DNA from: Octopus bimaculoides | Lineage: Eukaryota | Direction of reading: 5' to 3' | Length of the DNA stretch: 51,287 nucleotides | Assembly: GCF_001194135.2 (NCBI RefSeq) | Contig: NC_068994.1 | Coordinates: forward strand, 56,059,921-56,111,207 | Shown: piece by piece, positions 48,761 to 51,287 of the stretch | Layout of the letters: every line of letters starts with the position of its first letter | How positions within the stretch are numbered: position 1 is the stretch's first letter | Made by a program: the position numbers and the translations under genes | Notes under the pieces: model-generated | Databases searched by the model: none | Told to the model about the DNA's origin: nothing | Seen by the model: the letters and a program-made list of their open reading frames with translations, nothing else

Positions 48761-49848
48761 ATGTAAGAGCAGTTATTCCATTCTGATAAACACTGATTTA
48801 ATTGACAAAATGTAATATCATAAAACGAAAATTCCGATAGAAAGTGATAAAGTTTATTATTAAGCTAGAATATACTTCAAACATAGATTCCATAGCTCTT
48901 AGTCACTTTATTTATTCATTTTTGTTATTTTCTTTTTATTTTCTGTAAATGTCTATAATTTCCGTAATCTCTGACTTACTGATGCTGGCTAAAAGCTTTC
49001 ATATCTGAGAGATATACCAGTGTGCCGCCAGTTCAAAAACAAACCTTTTGTGTCTATAAATTAAAACTTTTTCCAGGATATTTTCTTCTAGTAGCAAAAG
49101 AAAACGATATCTTGGCTCTTAGTTCTCTGTGGATTATGCTAAAAGATATGAAAAACTTGAAAATTTGTTTCTTTATTAGCCCTTTTAAAATCAAATGAAA
49201 CAGGGGTAAGATATGCAAGAGTTTGTCTGTTGACATTAACTCCTTGGAGAATGGCTAAATTTCTTGTGCTCTGATCCCACGCATTCTACATAAAACGATT
49301 GTATCAAATTATCTTCACTCTACTGGTGGTGGCGCTGGTGGTGGTAGCTGTAGTGGTGGTAGCGGTGATGGAATAAAGAGCAGTTTTAACCGGCGTTAAA
49401 AACTACAAAAGCTACTAGCTTTTACGGCGGTTTATTCTCTTGCTGAATCTCCTAATATCTTCGTTCGTTTGACTATAAGACATTAAGAGACTGATAATTA
49501 GATTTTTAGCTTCCGTTAGATTAATACTCCCCTGAGAGATTTTTTAATGTGCTATTGTAGGCGTCTTTGACGTTCTAAGTAAAATATATTTCAATAGGAC
49601 TTACGCAGCTATCAAATTATGGAATTCTTACTCATGCACCAATTTCTATGGAACAGGAATGGAATTGTGAGATGTCGTTCATGTCTCCACCACTAACAGA
49701 AACAGGATCAATGAAGTGAAACAGCTTGAAGCAGGAATCGAAAGCGTTTCGCGACATGACATGCTTTAACACTATTTACTACATGCACAACAAATGTAAT
49801 GGTACAAAAGTCCTGTATTTATTTCTAGCAGGGGGTAAGTGTGGACAC

Positions 49849-50257
49849 TGTGGAGGCGCAATGGCCCAGTGGTTAGGGCAGCGGACTCGTGGTTATAGGA
49901 TCGCGGTTTCGATTCCCGGACCGGGCGCTGTGAGTGTTTATTGAGCGAAAAACACCTAAAGCTCCACGAGGCTCCGGCAGGGGGTGGGGATGGCGAACCG
50001 TGCTGTACTCTTCCACCACACCTTTCACTCACTCTTACTTTCTGTTTTTGTTGTGCCTGTAATTCAAAGGGCTAGCCTTGTCACACTCTGTGTCACGCTG
50101 AATATCCCCGAGGACTACGTTAAGGGTACACGTGTCTGTGGAGTGCTCAGCCACTTGCACGTTAATTTCACGAGCAGGCTGTTCCGTTGATCGGATCAAC
50201 TGGAACCCTCGACGTCGTAAGCGACGGAGTGCCAACAACAACAACAACAACAACAAC
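49849..50257 (+). mobile_element. SINE family B, full length
   Basis: tRNA-like head (A box TGGCCCAGTGG, B-box-like GTTTCGATTCC) and (AAC)n tail; near-identical to 24294-24684. Confidence 0.9.
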
Positions 50258-50279
50258 CTAACTATATGAAGAGCACATC

Positions 50280-50342
50280 AAAGCTAGATATACAGTCGAT
50301 ATCACCAATAGATTCCAGGCCGTAAACAGTCTCATTGATGAA
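50280..50342 (+). pseudogene. Possible RTE LINE ORF relic
   Basis: KARYTVDITNRFQAVNSLIDE resembles the RTE linker motif (F/Y).VE..NRF.AL; short match only. Confidence 0.3.
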
Positions 50343-50751
50343 GGTGTGTCAGTGGAGTATTGTCTGATGCTAACGGGTTTATAACAACACGAAACTCTGG
50401 GATACATTAAAATAACATAAATCATGTAACGAAGCGAAGGAAGTGCCAGACCCCTACGATTCCAGTCAACTTGGACATGATTACAATAACCGACTTCATG
50501 AAAGTTAACGCCCACCCTCCAGCTCCCTTTTTCCTGATCCTTCTCTTGTTTCACTCTCTTTTTCTCTCTTTCTCCTGCTACGAGATGTTTCGGATTTCAT
50601 TTGTCAATGTTCTTGTTTACGGTAAAGGTGAAAATATAAGGAGAGAAAACCCGAAATAACAGCAACCGCCATTAAGTGTCAGAATTAATAGAGATGAATA
50701 TCAGACATACCACATCCAGGCACAAAAGGATACACCCATACGCACGCGAAC

Positions 50752-50782
<31 letters not shown>

Positions 50783-51287
50783 CAAATACATACACACACG
50801 TATACATACAAATACACAAAAATATATGTATACAAACACAAACACACACAAATACACATATATATAGACATGAATATTTGACGATATATATATATACACA
50901 CATACACACACGCATATATATGTATATATATAAATATATGTGTATATTATATACATTACCTCTGAATGTGTGTGCGTGTGTATGTCTGTGTGTGAGTGTG
51001 TGCATTTATACAGACGTAGAATCATCTTTGCACACATACATATATATATGGTTGTGTGTGTTTAACATGCACTGCACATACTTACACATACTACCATATG
51101 CCTATACACACAAGCACATAAGCACACACACACACACACACACTCACACACAATTATTTCGAACTTACATCTAAAAGCTAGGTTTTGTACTCTTAATTAT
51201 CAACATCTGGTTGTTGGGTTTATATTATACTTGGGATAAGAGATAGATAAATAGTTAAAGACGTAGAGAGAGAGAGAGAGAGAGAGA

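Noticed and set aside
49849-49925. tRNA gene
   Set aside because: A and B boxes are present, but it is a SINE head with no complete cloverleaf and continues into the SINE body.

Overview
Repeat-saturated eukaryotic non-coding DNA, intronic or intergenic, with about 21 N gaps mostly bordered by (TA)n/(CA)n. The SINE families and microsatellite density suggest an octopus (coleoid cephalopod) draft genome; this is an inference from recalled repeat families, not a search. No intact protein-coding gene is supported, and almost all ORFs in the track are microsatellite or gap artefacts. The window holds three main tRNA-headed SINE families (my labels A, B, C) with many nested insertions, protein-coding relics of a Penelope-like element (PLE) reverse transcriptase, an R4/Dong-like LINE C-terminus and mariner transposase C-termini, several fold-back hairpins, and two locally amplified tandem arrays. 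Main observation: several short elements embedded in (TA)n/(CA)n tracts carry minimal type I hammerhead ribozyme folds (stem I, C(U/C)GANGA, stem II, GAAA, (quasi-)palindromic stem III, UH, stem I'). Three families show them as head-to-head inverted pairs or remnants of such pairs, with recurrent core variants (U4C; U-U or an extra U at the base of stem II). All folds were derived by eye and no activity is demonstrated.
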